Shown here: piece by piece, positions 51,362 to 63,800 of the stretch
Layout: the number at the start of each line of letters is the position of its first letter
Numbering within the stretch: position 1 is the stretch's first letter
DNA from: Rhodospirillales bacterium
Lineage (GTDB): Bacteria; Pseudomonadota; Alphaproteobacteria; Bin95
Length of the DNA: 64,000 nucleotides
Assembly: GCA_038143065.1 (NCBI GenBank)
Contig: JAYQLI010000035.1
Location: 2,656,894-2,720,893 of the forward strand
Reading direction: 5' to 3'
The notes under the pieces: generated by a model
Databases searched by the model: none
What the model was told of the DNA's origin: nothing
What the model saw: only the letters and a program-made list of their open reading frames with translations
Translations under genes and position numbers: made by a program

Positions 51362-52224
51362 CTATGGGAAGGATGCAGAGCTGATTGGTTTTTTTTTAAA
51401 TTTTGGAAGTGGTGTAGCCCATTTGTGTCCTGGTTTGCGAAGAGGCAAGCGGAACTCAATTGGGTCATTCCCATAGACGCGCCAGGATATTTCTTTGTGA
51501 ATCTCCAGCGTTGCCCAAGCTCCAGCAGCGTCTCCTTCGGAAGTAAAGCTCTCAGTTAAAGATTGCAGGGTTATATGGGGGATAGCATTCACTTGGTTTA
51601 GCGAATTCCAGTGAACATGACCGGAAACACAAAGCACAACGTGGCCAGAATTTTCAATAATCTCTCTTGCTTCAGAAGCATTAGGGTAGCCGCCAATTTC
51701 TGGATTGTTTTGAAACCAATAATTGCTCTGCATTGACCCGGAGCTGATGGGCACGTGCGTGAAAATGATAGTGGGTATGTTGCTCTTTTGAAGCTCACTC
51801 TCTAGCCACTGTAAATCTGATTGCTGGATTTGAAATGTTTCTGGCCACGGAATGAATGTATCTGCTTGCCAAAAGATTAGTCGCCAGCCTTTCATCTCTA
51901 CTGAAAAACTGGAGTTAGGCTGAGAGAAAGTTTTTGAGTTCAGGCTTTCCTCTAGGAATGCCACGTCATGGTTACCATGAAGGTGGTTATGAAGCGTATT
52001 TAACCCCTCAAAACGAGATGCAACTTCCGAAAGTAATTGGAAGTCAGTTTCTTTGTTAACATCTGAAATTCGATCGCCTAGTTCGACAATCATGTCAGCT
52101 CCCAATCGCCAGCAAATGAAAGGAAGCTGTCAAGGAGCTCAAGTGCATTTGCTCCTCTTTTTGTGAGCTTGTCTTCGCCGTGATGTATGTCTGTTACTAG
52201 TGCTAGGCGTAACGATTCTTGCAT
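51362..52224 (-). CDS. Calcineurin-like metallophosphoesterase (frameshift near 52101-52103)
   Basis: DIHHG (from ATG 52224, GGAGGT SD), GDRISD, GNHD, THVP, GHVH metal-binding motifs. Confidence 0.85.
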
Positions 52225-52362
52225 TGATCATGCACCTCCGGAAACCTTGATCTTAAACCCTTAGAACATTTGTATTTTAAATTCACATTACAGTGGGTTG
52301 CGAGAGGGCAAAAAAATCGATGCAATAGCGTTTCAATATTTTAGAAGAAAAAGGACAAGTTC

Positions 52363-53175
52363 ATGGTAGCCATCGATACAGGAACTAAAGAGTTACTTGC
52401 AGACTTGAGTGACCGGGTCCTTACCTTAACCCTTAATAGACCAGAAGCCAGGAACGCTCTGTCGCCAGAAATGATGTTTGCCCTTCGTCGACTTATTTCG
52501 GAATTTGGAGACCATGCTGATGTTGGGGCCCTTTTGCTAACTGGTGCGGGAGGGGCTTTCTCCTCAGGAGGAGACGTTAAAAGGATGGCTGTCCGTAAAG
52601 ATGGAGAGCAAACGGCTGAAGCGAAATTTCAAGAAATGTTGGCGCGTCATTCAGAAAGCGCAGGTGCCATAAGAAAACTTCGTATTCCAACTATAGCTGC
52701 AATTCCAGGTCCGGCAGCTGGTGCTGGGATGGCGTTGGCTCTCTCATGTGATCTTCGTGTGATGGCTGAAGAAGCTTTTTTCACGACTGGTTACGCGCGA
52801 GTTGGCTTACCAGGAGATTACGGTGCTTCATGGCTTCTTACCCGTATTGTTGGACCAGGTAAGGCGAGAGAATTGATGTTACTTTGTCCTCGTACTACCG
52901 CAGTTGAGGCCTTATCACTTGGCTTGGCCAATAGAGTGGTCAAGTTAGCTGATTTACCGCAGCATTCGCGGGAGATTGCGGTAGGATTGGCCTCTGGTCC
53001 CCGCATTGCTTATAGATATATCAAGGACAATTTAGACGAAGCGCTGGATATTGATCACGCCACTGCAATAGATCACGAGGCAGCTCGGATGCTGCGCGCC
53101 CAAAGTACGGCAGATCATAAAGAAGCAGCTCGTGCGTTTGTAGAGAAGCGATCTCCCAAATTTAAAGGGGCCTAA
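52363..53175 (+). CDS. Enoyl-CoA hydratase/isomerase family protein
   Basis: LNRPEARNAL, FSSGGD, AAGAGMALALSCDLR, AFVEKR. Confidence 0.92.
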   Translation: MVAIDTGTKELLADLSDRVLTLTLNRPEARNALSPEMMFALRRLISEFGDHADVGALLLTGAGGAFSSGGDVKRMAVRKDGEQTAEAKFQEMLARHSESAGAIRKLRIPTIAAIPGPAAGAGMALALSCDLRVMAEEAFFTTGYARVGLPGDYGASWLLTRIVGPGKARELMLLCPRTTAVEALSLGLANRVVKLADLPQHSREIAVGLASGPRIAYRYIKDNLDEALDIDHATAIDHEAARMLRAQSTADHKEAARAFVEKRSPKFKGA

Positions 53176-53394
53176 CGACTTTCTTAATCAGGATATCTTC
53201 GATGCTGTGGTATCTAATTCAAAACAGTCACTGATTAGGTCGGGGGTGGGTTATTACTTTAATGAAGAACCACTAATTTTTAGCCGTACACCTTAAGTCT
53301 AGGCTGTGGTCTCGGTCTTTAGTAGAACCCATCAACATTGGTTGTTAATGATTAAGCCAAACAGGGTGTTTATAAATTTCAAGATGGGACAAAT

Positions 53395-53815
53395 ATGGAA
53401 AATTTTACCCCTTTAGAAGGCCTTGTTGGAGGTCTAATGATTGGTGGAGCGGCTACTGTCTTAGCTGTCCTCAATGGTAGGATTGCAGGAATTGCAGGGA
53501 TCTATCGTGGCCTAATTGCATTTGGAGCTGGTTGGGGTGAGCGAGCCATCTTCGTCGCAGGTTTGTTGTTGGGACCAATTATAGTCGGTGGTTTCGGGGA
53601 TAGTGCCAATAGTTGAAATATCAACCAACTGGTTCGTTCTGATTCTTGCAGGTCTGCTTGTTGGATTTGGAGCCAGCTTGGGAAACGGTTGCACCAGTGG
53701 TCACGGTGTCTGTGGTTTGGCGAGAGGATCGCTGCGCTCCCTCGTGGCCACTCTAACTTTTATGGGGGTGGCGGTAGCAGTCGTTTTAATCAGTCGTCTA
53801 TTGGGTGGGTGGTAG
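53395..53815 (+). CDS. YeeE/YedE-family sulfur transport membrane protein, PmpA-like (frameshift near 53596-53599)
   Basis: GRIAGIAG in the first [15 protein letters not shown] in the second. Confidence 0.85.
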
Positions 53816-53816
53816 G

Positions 53817-54227
53817 ATGTTGCAAATCATAGCCAGCTTAATTGCGGGAACGCTCATGGGTGCCGGTCTGATGGTTTCCGGAATGATGAACCCAAATAAA
53901 GTATTGAGTTTTCTCGATATTTTTGGGAATTGGGATCCAACATTAATTTTTGTGATGGGGGTAATTTTTTCTGCACTCCCGGGTTTTTGGCTTTCACGTC
54001 GGCTTACAAAACCCTTGCTAGCAAACAATTTTCAGTTGCCCGATAAGAAAAATTTTGATCGACGTCTAGTTGGTGGGGCGGCAATTTTTGGTGTTGGCTG
54101 GGGGCTAGTCGGCTTGTGTCCCGGGCCAGCTATTTCTGCGATCACCACAGGCTCACCTCAGGTTATTGTTTTTGTGATATCAATGACCATTGGCATGGCA
54201 TTTTATCGTTGGAAGTTTTCCAGTTAA
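53817..54227 (+). CDS. YeeE/YedE-family sulfur transport membrane protein, PmpB-like
   Basis: SGMMNPNKVLSFLD..WDPTL, GWGLVGLCPGP. Confidence 0.88.
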   Translation: MLQIIASLIAGTLMGAGLMVSGMMNPNKVLSFLDIFGNWDPTLIFVMGVIFSALPGFWLSRRLTKPLLANNFQLPDKKNFDRRLVGGAAIFGVGWGLVGLCPGPAISAITTGSPQVIVFVISMTIGMAFYRWKFSS

Positions 54228-54254
54228 ATGGGCTTGAAGTTCGCTAGACGAGGT

Positions 54255-54708
54255 TCAGCGGGTTTTTAATTCATCTGCATTCTTAATTATTTCAACAACT
54301 TCAATGTCAAAGGTCAATGTTTCTCCGGCAAGTGGGTGATTCATATCGAGCACAACCTTGTCACCGTCAATTTCAGTGACTCTAAGTTCCACCCTATGTC
54401 CTTGCTGATCACTTGATCTAAGACCATGCCCTCCTGAACTTCTAAACCATCTGGAAGCTGGTCAAGAGTTACGGCGCGCACCATTTCTTCGTGTCGTAAC
54501 CCGTAAGCTTGATCAGGGGGGATAATGACCGTCTTACTTTCTCCAATGGACATTCCCATAAGACCATCTTCAAAGCCTTGTATCAGTTGGCCAGCACCAA
54601 TTTCTACCTTAAGCGGTTCTTCATCGCGGAGCTGTCAAATTTCTCTCCGTCGGACAATTTTCCTGTGTAGTGTACATGAACTAGATCGCCTTTAGTGATT
54701 TGTAGCAT
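54255..54708 (-). CDS. FKBP-type peptidyl-prolyl isomerase, SlyD/FkpB-like (frameshifts near 54628 and 54417)
   Basis: Reconstructed: [47 protein letters not shown]; no His-rich tail. Confidence 0.82.
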
Positions 54709-54885
54709 TTGAATTTTCCGATGGCATTGACTGGTCTAACTAATTCCTAGAATTCTGCTTCGTTGATGCAATTCACACGAAATTGTGTTTTTGAGCAAGA
54801 TTAGCCGCGCTTTTGGTCTTGGCGATCCAGTGGCGCAGACGTTACGATAGTGAGATTAATAAATTCCAAAGGGAGGCCCCATTCC

Positions 54886-56093
54886 ATGGCCGAAGCTTAT
54901 ATTTGTGATGCAACCCGCACGCCAATCGGCCGTTATGGAGGTTCGCTCTCTCAAGTTCGTACTGATAATCTAGGGGCAGTACCCCTCCAAGCATTAATGG
55001 AAAGAAATGCTGGCGTAGACTGGGAAGCTGTTGAGGATGTTATTTTCGGCTGTGCTAATCAAGCTGGAGAGGACAACCGCAATGTTGCTCGTATGTCCTC
55101 CCTTCTCGCAGGTCTTCCTACGGCTGTCCCTGGTTCAACTATTAATCGCCTGTGCGGTTCTGGCATGGATGCAACTGGAACGGCGGCAAGGGCTATCAAG
55201 GCTGGTGAAGCAGACCTTATGATTTCTGGTGGGGTTGAGAGCATGACCCGAGCCCCATTTGTGATGGGGAAGTCGCAGGCGGCTTTTTCTCGGTCGGACA
55301 ATCTAATCTACGATACCCCTATTGGGTGGCGCTTCGTTAATCCAATGATGAAAAGCAGTATGGCATCGATTCAATGCCAGAGACGGCTGAGAATGTTGCT
55401 GAAGAGTTTCAAGTTAACCGTGAGGATCAGGACGCTTTTGCCTATCGTTCTCAGATGCGCGCAGTAGCAGCTCAAAAAAGTGGTCGTCTTGCTAAGGAGA
55501 TAACGCCTGTAACTATCCCACAGCGTAGAGGTGATGCATTAGTAGTAGATACTGACGAGCATCCTCGCGAGGGAACAACGCTAGAAGGTTTAGCCAAGCT
55601 GCCAGCGCCTTTTAGGGAAGGTGGTTCGGTGACAGCTGGAAATGCCTCCGGGGTAAATGACGGTGCGTGTGCTATTATCCTTGCGTCTGAACAGGGCGCT
55701 TCGAAACATGGTCTAACCCCACGAGCTCGCATTCTTGGAATGGCTACCGCCGGCGTACCTCCAAGAATTATGGGATTTGGTCCTGCACCAGCTAGTCATA
55801 AGCTTCTTTCACGTCTTGGGCTAAAGATAGGTGACATTGATGTTATAGAACTTAATGAGGCTTTTGCTGCCCAAGGGCTGGCTGTTACCCGTGATCTAGG
55901 TTTGCCTGATGATGCAGAACACGTGAATCCAAATGGCGGTGCTATAGCACTTGGGCATCCGTTAGGGATGTCGGGGGCCAGACTGATTTCAACCGCAGTG
56001 TATGAGATGGAAGAGCGTGGGTTAAAGCGCGCTCTCTGCACGATGTGTATTGGAGTAGGGCAAGGCATTGCCACAGTAATCGAGCGTGTATGA
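54886..56093 (+). CDS. pcaF: 3-oxoadipyl-CoA thiolase, PcaF/PaaJ type (frameshift at 55351-55354)
   Basis: [48 protein letters not shown]. Confidence 0.85.
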
Positions 56094-57103
56094 CGCAATT
56101 AGATTATAACTGCCAGATCTTGCTTCGGGCACGCCCCGATGGTCTGGCGGGCCCTGAGCATTTTGAAGAATTTTTAACTCCTGTTCGTCCTCCTGGGCCA
56201 GGTGAAGCATTGGTTGAGTCGATTTATTTATCTATCGACCCAGCAATGCGGACATGGATTGCCGAGAAACCTGGCTATGTTCCTGCAGTTTCTATTGGAG
56301 CGGTAATGCGAGCCGGTGGAGTTGCCCGTGTCTTGCAGAGTGAGATCAGTGGATTGGAGCCCGGTGATTTAGTTCAGGGCAGATTAGGCTGGCAAACTCT
56401 CCCCACTTTGCCTGCTATTGCATTGCAAAAACTCGACCTATCTTTGGGGACTGCAGAAGACTGGATTGGCCCACTAGGGACTAGTGCTCTGACAGCTTAT
56501 TTAGGTATGAAGTCCGTCGGTGAACTACAGCCAGGAAGTACGGTTCTTGTATCTGGCGCGGCGGGTGCTGTGGGCCAAATTGCCTCTCAGATAGCAAAGA
56601 TAATGCACTGTAGGGTTATAGGAATAGCTGGAGGAGCAGCTAAGTGTGCATTTCTGAGAGAAAAGATTGGTCTTGATCATGCCATAGATTACAAAGCATC
56701 TGAAGATTTGGTTTCCTCAATAGCTAATGTGGCAAATTCGGGTGTCGATATTTATTTTGACAACGTTGGAGGTCCAACATTGGAGGCTGCATTGGAAAAC
56801 ATGAACCACGCGGGCAGGGTTGTTCTCTGTGGTCGTATTTCTCAGACAGGGTCTGCAGCACCCTATGGCATAAAAAATCTTGGCATCGCAATTGGAAAAC
56901 GAATAAAGCTACAAGGCTTTATTGTCTCTGATTTTCACGACCAATATGCCCATGCGCGAGCGTGGCTTGCCGGTGAACTTAAAGCCGGCCGTTTACAACA
57001 ACGTCTCCACCTTCTTGATGGTTTGGAAAAAGCGCCGGAAGGTCTTCGGATGCTATTTACTGGAGACAATTTTGGTAAATTAGCTGTCAAAGTTTCCCAC
57101 TAG
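56090..57103 (+). CDS. NADP-dependent alkenal/one oxidoreductase (prostaglandin reductase/CurA-like)
   Basis: [28 protein letters not shown]. Confidence 0.88.
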   Translation: MTQLDYNCQILLRARPDGLAGPEHFEEFLTPVRPPGPGEALVESIYLSIDPAMRTWIAEKPGYVPAVSIGAVMRAGGVARVLQSEISGLEPGDLVQGRLGWQTLPTLPAIALQKLDLSLGTAEDWIGPLGTSALTAYLGMKSVGELQPGSTVLVSGAAGAVGQIASQIAKIMHCRVIGIAGGAAKCAFLREKIGLDHAIDYKASEDLVSSIANVANSGVDIYFDNVGGPTLEAALENMNHAGRVVLCGRISQTGSAAPYGIKNLGIAIGKRIKLQGFIVSDFHDQYAHARAWLAGELKAGRLQQRLHLLDGLEKAPEGLRMLFTGDNFGKLAVKVSH

Positions 57104-57113
57104 GATTAAGAAA

Positions 57114-58840
57114 ATGTCAGAAAAAAAGAAGCCAACTGGAATGGAACAGGGTCTCGTTAACTATGGAGACGCAGGCTTCTCTCTTTTTTTAAGAAAAGCA
57201 TTTATTAAAGCGATGGGGTATTCAGATGATGCACTGTCAAAGCCAATAGTGGGAATTGTTAATACTTATTCTGGATATAATGCCTGCCACAGAACAGTCC
57301 CTGACTTAGTCGAGGCCATCCGGCGAGGGGTAATGATGGCTGGAGGTATAGCTGTCGATTTCCCAGTCGTGTCTATTCATGAGAGTTTTTCAGCGCCAAC
57401 TTCAATGTTTCTCCGCAATTTGATGGCGATAGATACGGAAGAGCTAGTTCGAGCTCAGCCAATGGACTCAGTAGTCTTAATAGGGGGATGTGACAAAACT
57501 GTGCCAGCATTGCTTATGGGAGCAGCCAGTGCGGGTAGGCCAGCTATTTTAGAAGTGACCGGTCCAATGATGACTGGATTTTTCATGGGAGAGCGCCTCG
57601 GCGCATGCACCGATTGTCGGCGTATGTGGGGAATGCATCGCGCAGGCGAATTAGATGCTGAGGAAATTGCCGCGGCGGGTGATAAACTAATGCCAACTGC
57701 TGGAACCTGCATGGTTATGGGTACAGCCTCTACCATGGCGTTGATGTCAGAGGCATTAGGAATGATGCTGCCTGGTGGCGCGGCTATTCCAGCTGTCCAT
57801 GCAGACCGTCTTCGCCATGCAGAGGCAACGGGCGCTCGTGCTGTTGGCATCGCAAAAGAAGGACTTACGCCTGATAAAATTATGACAAAAGAAGCATTTG
57901 CTAATGCTTTTAAAATGCTCCTCGCAACAGGAGGGTCAACCAACGGGTTAGTGCATATGACGGCTGTCGCAGGGCGGCTAGGGATAGAGGTTGACTTGGA
58001 TGCGCTTGACGCTCTTTCGGATGAAATCCCAGTTTTGGTTGATTTGAAGCCATCTGGCCAACATTATATGGAAGATTTGAATAATGCTGGTGGCGCGACC
58101 CCAATTCTTCGTGAAATTAGAGAAAACTTGGCTCTTGATTGCATGACGGTGACAGGCCGGACTTTGGGTGAAGAGATAGACTCAGCCCCAGCAGATTGGG
58201 GACAGCAGGTCGTAAGACCTCGTTCTAATCCAATCTACCCGAAGGGTGGCATTGCCGTTCTTAGGGATCACTTGCTCCCAATGGTGCAATTATAAAACAG
58301 TCAGCAGCGGCCCAGCATCTTTTGAAGCATGAAGGCAGAGCTGTAGTCTTTGAAAATTTGGAAGATTTAGCAGAACGCTTAGACGATCCAAATCTCGACG
58401 TGAACCCAGATGATGTTCTTGTTTTGAAGAATGCAGGGCCTAAAGGTGCTCCTGGCATGCCAGAATCTGGCTATATTCCAATCCCCAAAAAACTTGCTCA
58501 GGCTGGTGTCAAGGATATGTTGAGGATCTCGGATGCTCGGATGAGTGGCACTGCGTTTGGAGCAATAGTGCTCCATATTTCTCCCGAGGCAGCAGAATGT
58601 GGTCCACTTGGTCTTGTTGAAACGGGTGATCGTATCCTGCTTGACGTCGAGGCTCGTCGCCTTGATTTGTTGGTCGATGATCAAGAATTAGAGAAACGCA
58701 GAAGAGCTTGGCAACCAGTTCAACATAAGGGCCAAGATCGAGGCTATCTCAAATTATACCTAGATGAAGTTACACAGGCTGAGGAGGGTACGGATTTTCG
58801 TTTTCTCATGCCGGCAAAGTCTGGAGTGAAGACACCCTGA
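57114..58840 (+). CDS. IlvD/Edd-family dehydratase, probably a sugar-acid dehydratase (frameshift near 58264-58266)
   Basis: NACH, GGCDKT, CMVMGTASTM, GGSTN, SDARMSGT. Confidence 0.88.
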
Positions 58841-58982
58841 GTTGTGAATTAGTGTTTTATGAAATCGATATTAACGCCAGACCAATTTTTACGAGTTGAT
58901 AGCAATTAAGATCAGTTTCGCGAATTTGGCGAGGGTTAGATCCTCGGTGTGATAGTATTCTCAAGGGAAATCTTATCTAGTT

Positions 58983-60191
58983 TTAAGCAACAATATTTGA
59001 ATGCCTTAGATTTTCGATTTCCTGCTTTGTTAACCCAAGGTCGCTCAATACTTGATCAGTGTCCTGACCAAGTAAAGGTGGAGGCGTAGTAGTATTAGGC
59101 CTTTCGCCATTGACCTTAAATCCGAGTGTAGGGACCTTTGTTGTTCGTTTTGAACCTTCTATTTTGTGCTCTGCTAAAATGCCTCGAGCTTCGATTTGTG
59201 GTAAAGATAAAGTTTCTTCAAGTTTTAATATTCGAGCTGCTGGCACGCCAGCAACCGTAAGCCTGTTCTCCCAATTTGATGCTGTATCTTCAAGAAATAC
59301 CTTCGCAAGGAGTTCCCGGAATTCTAACGAGTGAGTGCGTCGAGCCTTGGGAGTTTTGAACCTAGGGTTTTCAAGTATATCAGGTTTGTTAATAGCATTC
59401 GCCAGACGTTGTGTTTGACGTTCGTTGTTTGCTGCGAGAGCAAGTTTTCCATCCTTCGTATCGAACACTCCCGATGCAGCTGAACCGCTAAATGCTTCGT
59501 TGCCAGCAGCCTCAGGTACTTTGACAGTGGTATTTGCTTGGGTAAGGTGTGAAGCCATGAGTAGAAGGGCTGAATCAAGCATCGCTATATCTACATATTG
59601 ACCTTAGCCAGTTTTATTTCTTTCTAGAATGGCAGCCAAAATTGCCATCGCACCGTTTTGTCCATAGCTGTAATCGATGTATGGGCTTCCAACCTTATTG
59701 GGTAATGTTTTGGGATCACCAGTGAGCATCATTATACCTGATACAGCTTGGATAACATGGTCATATGCTGGGCGATCACCCATTGGACCATCCTGACCGA
59801 ACGCTGATATAGAAGCATAAATGATGTCAGGTTTCATCGCCATAATATCATTTGCCCCGAGGCCAAGGCGCTTTGCGGTACCAGGGCGAAAGTTTTCGAT
59901 AAAAACGTCAGCACTGCGTACTAAACGTTTTACAATGTCCAGCCCTGATGGATGCTTAAGGTCTACCGCTAGTGATTGCTTGCCAGCGTTCTGTGTAAGA
60001 AAGCTTGTAGCCATGCCAATAGACTCAAGCTCTAAATCGGACCCGCCCAAACGCGCCCAGTCTCCGTTATCGACGGGCTCAATTTTTATCACTTCAGCAC
60101 CAAGAAGCCCTAACTGATAAGAGCAGAAGGGGCCTGCTAGTACCTGAGTTAAATCTATAACTCGGTAACCCTCTAGAGGAGCAAATGACAT
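58983..60191 (-). CDS. CaiB/BaiF family III CoA transferase (in-frame TAA at 59604-59606)
   Basis: LAGPFC, GAEVIKIE, ENFRPG, AYDHVIQA; the two ORFs are in frame across TG*GQYVDIAMLD; PPLLGQDT at the end. Confidence 0.87.
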
Positions 60192-60203
60192 GCTATCCTA
60201 GCT

Positions 60204-60677
60204 TCAGCGATAGCTGACACCGAGAATTTCATAATAACGCGCGCCACTCGGTGCCTGCACTTCGATTTGATCACCAATGCCCTTTCCAATCATCGCCCGC
60301 GCAATTGGCGATGTTACCGAAATACGGCCTTCCTCAATGTTAGCTTCATCTGCTCCAACAATTTGGTACTCTTTTTCAGCATCTGTTTCTTCATCAACGA
60401 CTTTAACAGTTGCGCCAAATCGAACAGTGTCGCCAGACATTGTTGAGGGATCAATAACTTCGGCTCGACTGGTTTTGTCTTCAAGTTCAGCGATGCGCCC
60501 TTCAACGAACGACTGACGTTCTTTGGCCGCGTGGTATTCTGCGTTTTCTGAGAGATCCCCATGGGCGCGCGCTTCGGCTATCGCGCGAATGATTGCGGGG
60601 CGCTCTTCGCTCTTCAACCGTTTCAGTTCCTCTTGCAGCTTCTTGAGGCCGCTTGGGGTCATTGGAAACCGTTCCAT
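60204..60677 (-). CDS. greA: Transcription elongation factor GreA
   Basis: [30 protein letters not shown]; follows carB. Confidence 0.97.
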   Translation of the reverse strand: MERFPMTPSGLKKLQEELKRLKSEERPAIIRAIAEARAHGDLSENAEYHAAKERQSFVEGRIAELEDKTSRAEVIDPSTMSGDTVRFGATVKVVDEETDAEKEYQIVGADEANIEEGRISVTSPIARAMIGKGIGDQIEVQAPSGARYYEILGVSYR

Positions 60678-60844
60678 TTGTCTTACTCCGTTTGAGGACA
60701 CTGAGTCGTTATCACCAGCAGCTCAGTTGAACCAAAAGTAGGTTGTAATTGAAAGTTTAACACCGAATATCGCGAACAATAGTGCTCGCAAATCAAAAGG
60801 TCCTAGAGGTCCTTTCCCATTACCAGGGAAAAGTAATAAAATGA

Positions 60845-63800
60845 CTACTTGAAGTAGGATTGCAGTGGTCTAACTTCAAGCGCTCCGGCCTTTAGAGCGG
60901 AAATAGCTTGCACGGCGGCGATCGCGCCTGCAGCTGTAGTATAATATGGTACGCGCTCCAAGAGAGCGGCTCGCCTCAAACTGAAGCTATCCCTTATGGA
61001 TTCAATACCCTCGGAAGTATTAATCACCATCTGGACCTGACTTGATTTAATCGCATCTACAATGTGTGGGCGGCCTTCAAGTACTTTGTTAATCCGTGTT
61101 GCTGGGACGCCAGATGAATTTAAAAAATCTGCGGTACCTTCCGTTGCAAGAATTTTAAAGCCCATCTCAATGCACTGTTGTGCAGCACCGATTAAAAGTG
61201 GTTTGTCATGGTTGCGGACAGATATAAAGATTGTGCCCTCCATTGGGAGTACCGCACCACCGCCAATTTGTGACTTCGCAAAGGCTCGGCCAAAATCAAC
61301 ATCTAAGCCCATTGCCTCTCCAGTAGATTTCATTTCGGGTCCCAACAAAATGTCGACGCCAGGGAATCTAGCGAATGGGAATACGGCTTCTTTGACTGCG
61401 ATCTGATCAGGGGCAGGGTTTAGAGGAGGGAGAACATCTAACTTCTCACCAGCCATTGCTCTTGCCGCTAACTTAGCTATCGGAACTCCAGTTGCCTTAG
61501 CAACAAAAGGTGCCGTGCGGCTAGCGCGTGGATTAACTTCTAAAACAAAAATAGAATCATCTATTGTGTCAGTCTGAACGGCAAATTGGGCATTCATGAG
61601 CCCCTTCACCTTGAGGGCCTTGCCCATGTTTATTACTTGGCGGCTTATTTCTTCAATAGTCTCGGGTCTTAAGCTGTGAGGAGGTAAGGCGCACGCGCTA
61701 TCACCAGAATGAACACCAGCTTCTTCAATATGCTCCATAACTCCAGCTATGCGAACATCGCTGCCATCACCAAGGGCGTCAACATCAACTTCTACTGCGT
61801 TTGCCAGATAACGGTCTACGAGAACTGGGTTATCTCCAGATGCTTGTACGGCTGTTCTCATGTAATGGCGCAGAGCCTCAGCGTTGTGCACTATTTCCAT
61901 TGCACGCCCACCCAGAACATAAGATGGCCTGAGCAATACCGGGTAACCTATTTGCTCTGCAATGGCTTCCGCTTCAAGTTCATTGGTGGCGGTTCCATTC
62001 GGCGGTTGCTTGAGATTTAGGTCATTCAGCAACTGTTGAAAGCGTTTTCTGTCCTCAGCTAAATCAATAGCGTCTGGGGATGTCCCAAGTATGGGAATTC
62101 CCTCTACTTCCAATGCAGCTGCGAGCTTTAAAGGAGTTTGTCCTCCAAATTGGACAATGGCACCCAAAAGCCTCCCATTTGATGCTTCAACGCCTCCAAT
62201 CTCTAACACGTCTTCGGTGGTCAGAGGTTCGAAGTAAAGGCGGTCAGATGTGTCGTAGTCGGTTGAAACTGTCTCCGGATTACAATTTACCATTATTGTT
62301 TCAAATCCTGCCTCGGCTAGGGCATAGGCTGCATGAACACAACAATAGTCAAATTCTATCCCCTGGCCGATACGGTTGGGGCCGCCACCTAAAATCATTA
62401 TTTTGTTTGCAGAGCTTGGGGAAGCTTCACATTCTGGTTGACCTGTATTTAGATCCTCATAGCAAGAGTACATGTAAGCGGTAGTAGATTGAAATTCTGC
62501 TGCGCTTGTATCAATCCGCTTATAGACAGGTTTAACCCCAAGTCTTTGCCTATGCTGTCTTACCTCTTCTTCTTTAATTTTGGTTAACATCGCTAGGCGG
62601 ACATCTGAAAAACCTAGCCGTTTCAGGCGTGCCATACCAGCAGCATCTTGAGGTAAACCTGAAGCTAAAACTTCGGCTTCCACATCCACGAGCATCTTAA
62701 TTTGGCCTAAAAACCAGGGGTCGTAACTGCTGGCTCGAGCTGCATCTTCAATTGAGAGGCCGTGGCGAAACGCTTGAGCAATCAGTAATCCCCGATCAGG
62801 TACTGGTTGAGATAGTGCTTTGATAAGGGCATCTTTTGCTGGAGCTCCTTCAATTTTAACTTCATTGAGCCCAGAAAGCCCTGTTTCCATGGAACGCAGT
62901 GCCTTTTGATATGCTTCAGGAAACGAGCGACCGATTGCCATCGCTTCGCCCACAGATTTCATTGATGTCGTAAGAAGTGGTTGTGTGCCTGCAAATTTCT
63001 CGAATGTGAACCTAGGGATTTTAACTACTACGTAGTCTAAGGTTGGTTCAAAAGAAGCTGGGGTAACTCGTGTAATATCGTTTTGAAGTTCGTCCAAAGT
63101 ATATCCGACGGCCAACTTTGCTGCGATCTTCGCTATTGGAAAACCGGTTGCCTTTGAAGCAAGTGCAGATGAACGCGAAACGCGAGGGTTCATCTCTATG
63201 ACAACAAGATCACCATTTTTTGGATTGACTGCAAATTGAACATTTGATCCACCGGTATCCACTCCGATCTCTCGTAAGACTGCAATCGAAGCATTCCTCA
63301 TTATCTGGAATTCTTTATCTGTCAGCGTCAATGCTGGCGCCACAGTGACACTGTCACCGGTATGAATTCCCATAGGGTCTATGTTTTCAATAGAACAGAC
63401 GATTATGCAGTTGTCGGCGCGGTCGCGGACAACCTCCATCTCAAATTCTTTCCAACCTAAAACAGATTGTTCTATCAAAACCTCGTTTATTGGTGATGCA
63501 TCTATTCCGCCACGAACAATTTCATCGAATTCGTCAGAATTATATGCGATGCCTCCACCGGCACCGCCTAGGGTAAAAGAGGGCCTAATAATTAGGGGTA
63601 GGCCAATCTCGTTCATTTTTTCATGAGCAGTGGCCATATCTTTGACAACAGCACTTCTTGGAGTTGCGAGACCAATCTTGTCCATCGCATCTCGGAAAAG
63701 TTGCCGATCCTCTGCCTTTGCGATGGCTTCTTGTTTTGCTCCGATTAGTTCAACGCCATATTTTTCAAGAACGCCAGAGTCAGCCAATGCCAGTGCTGTG

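Noticed and set aside
52225-52362. Pho box upstream of the phosphoesterase gene
   Set aside because: Only one CTGTAAT half-site-like heptamer; the second repeat at 11-nt spacing does not match
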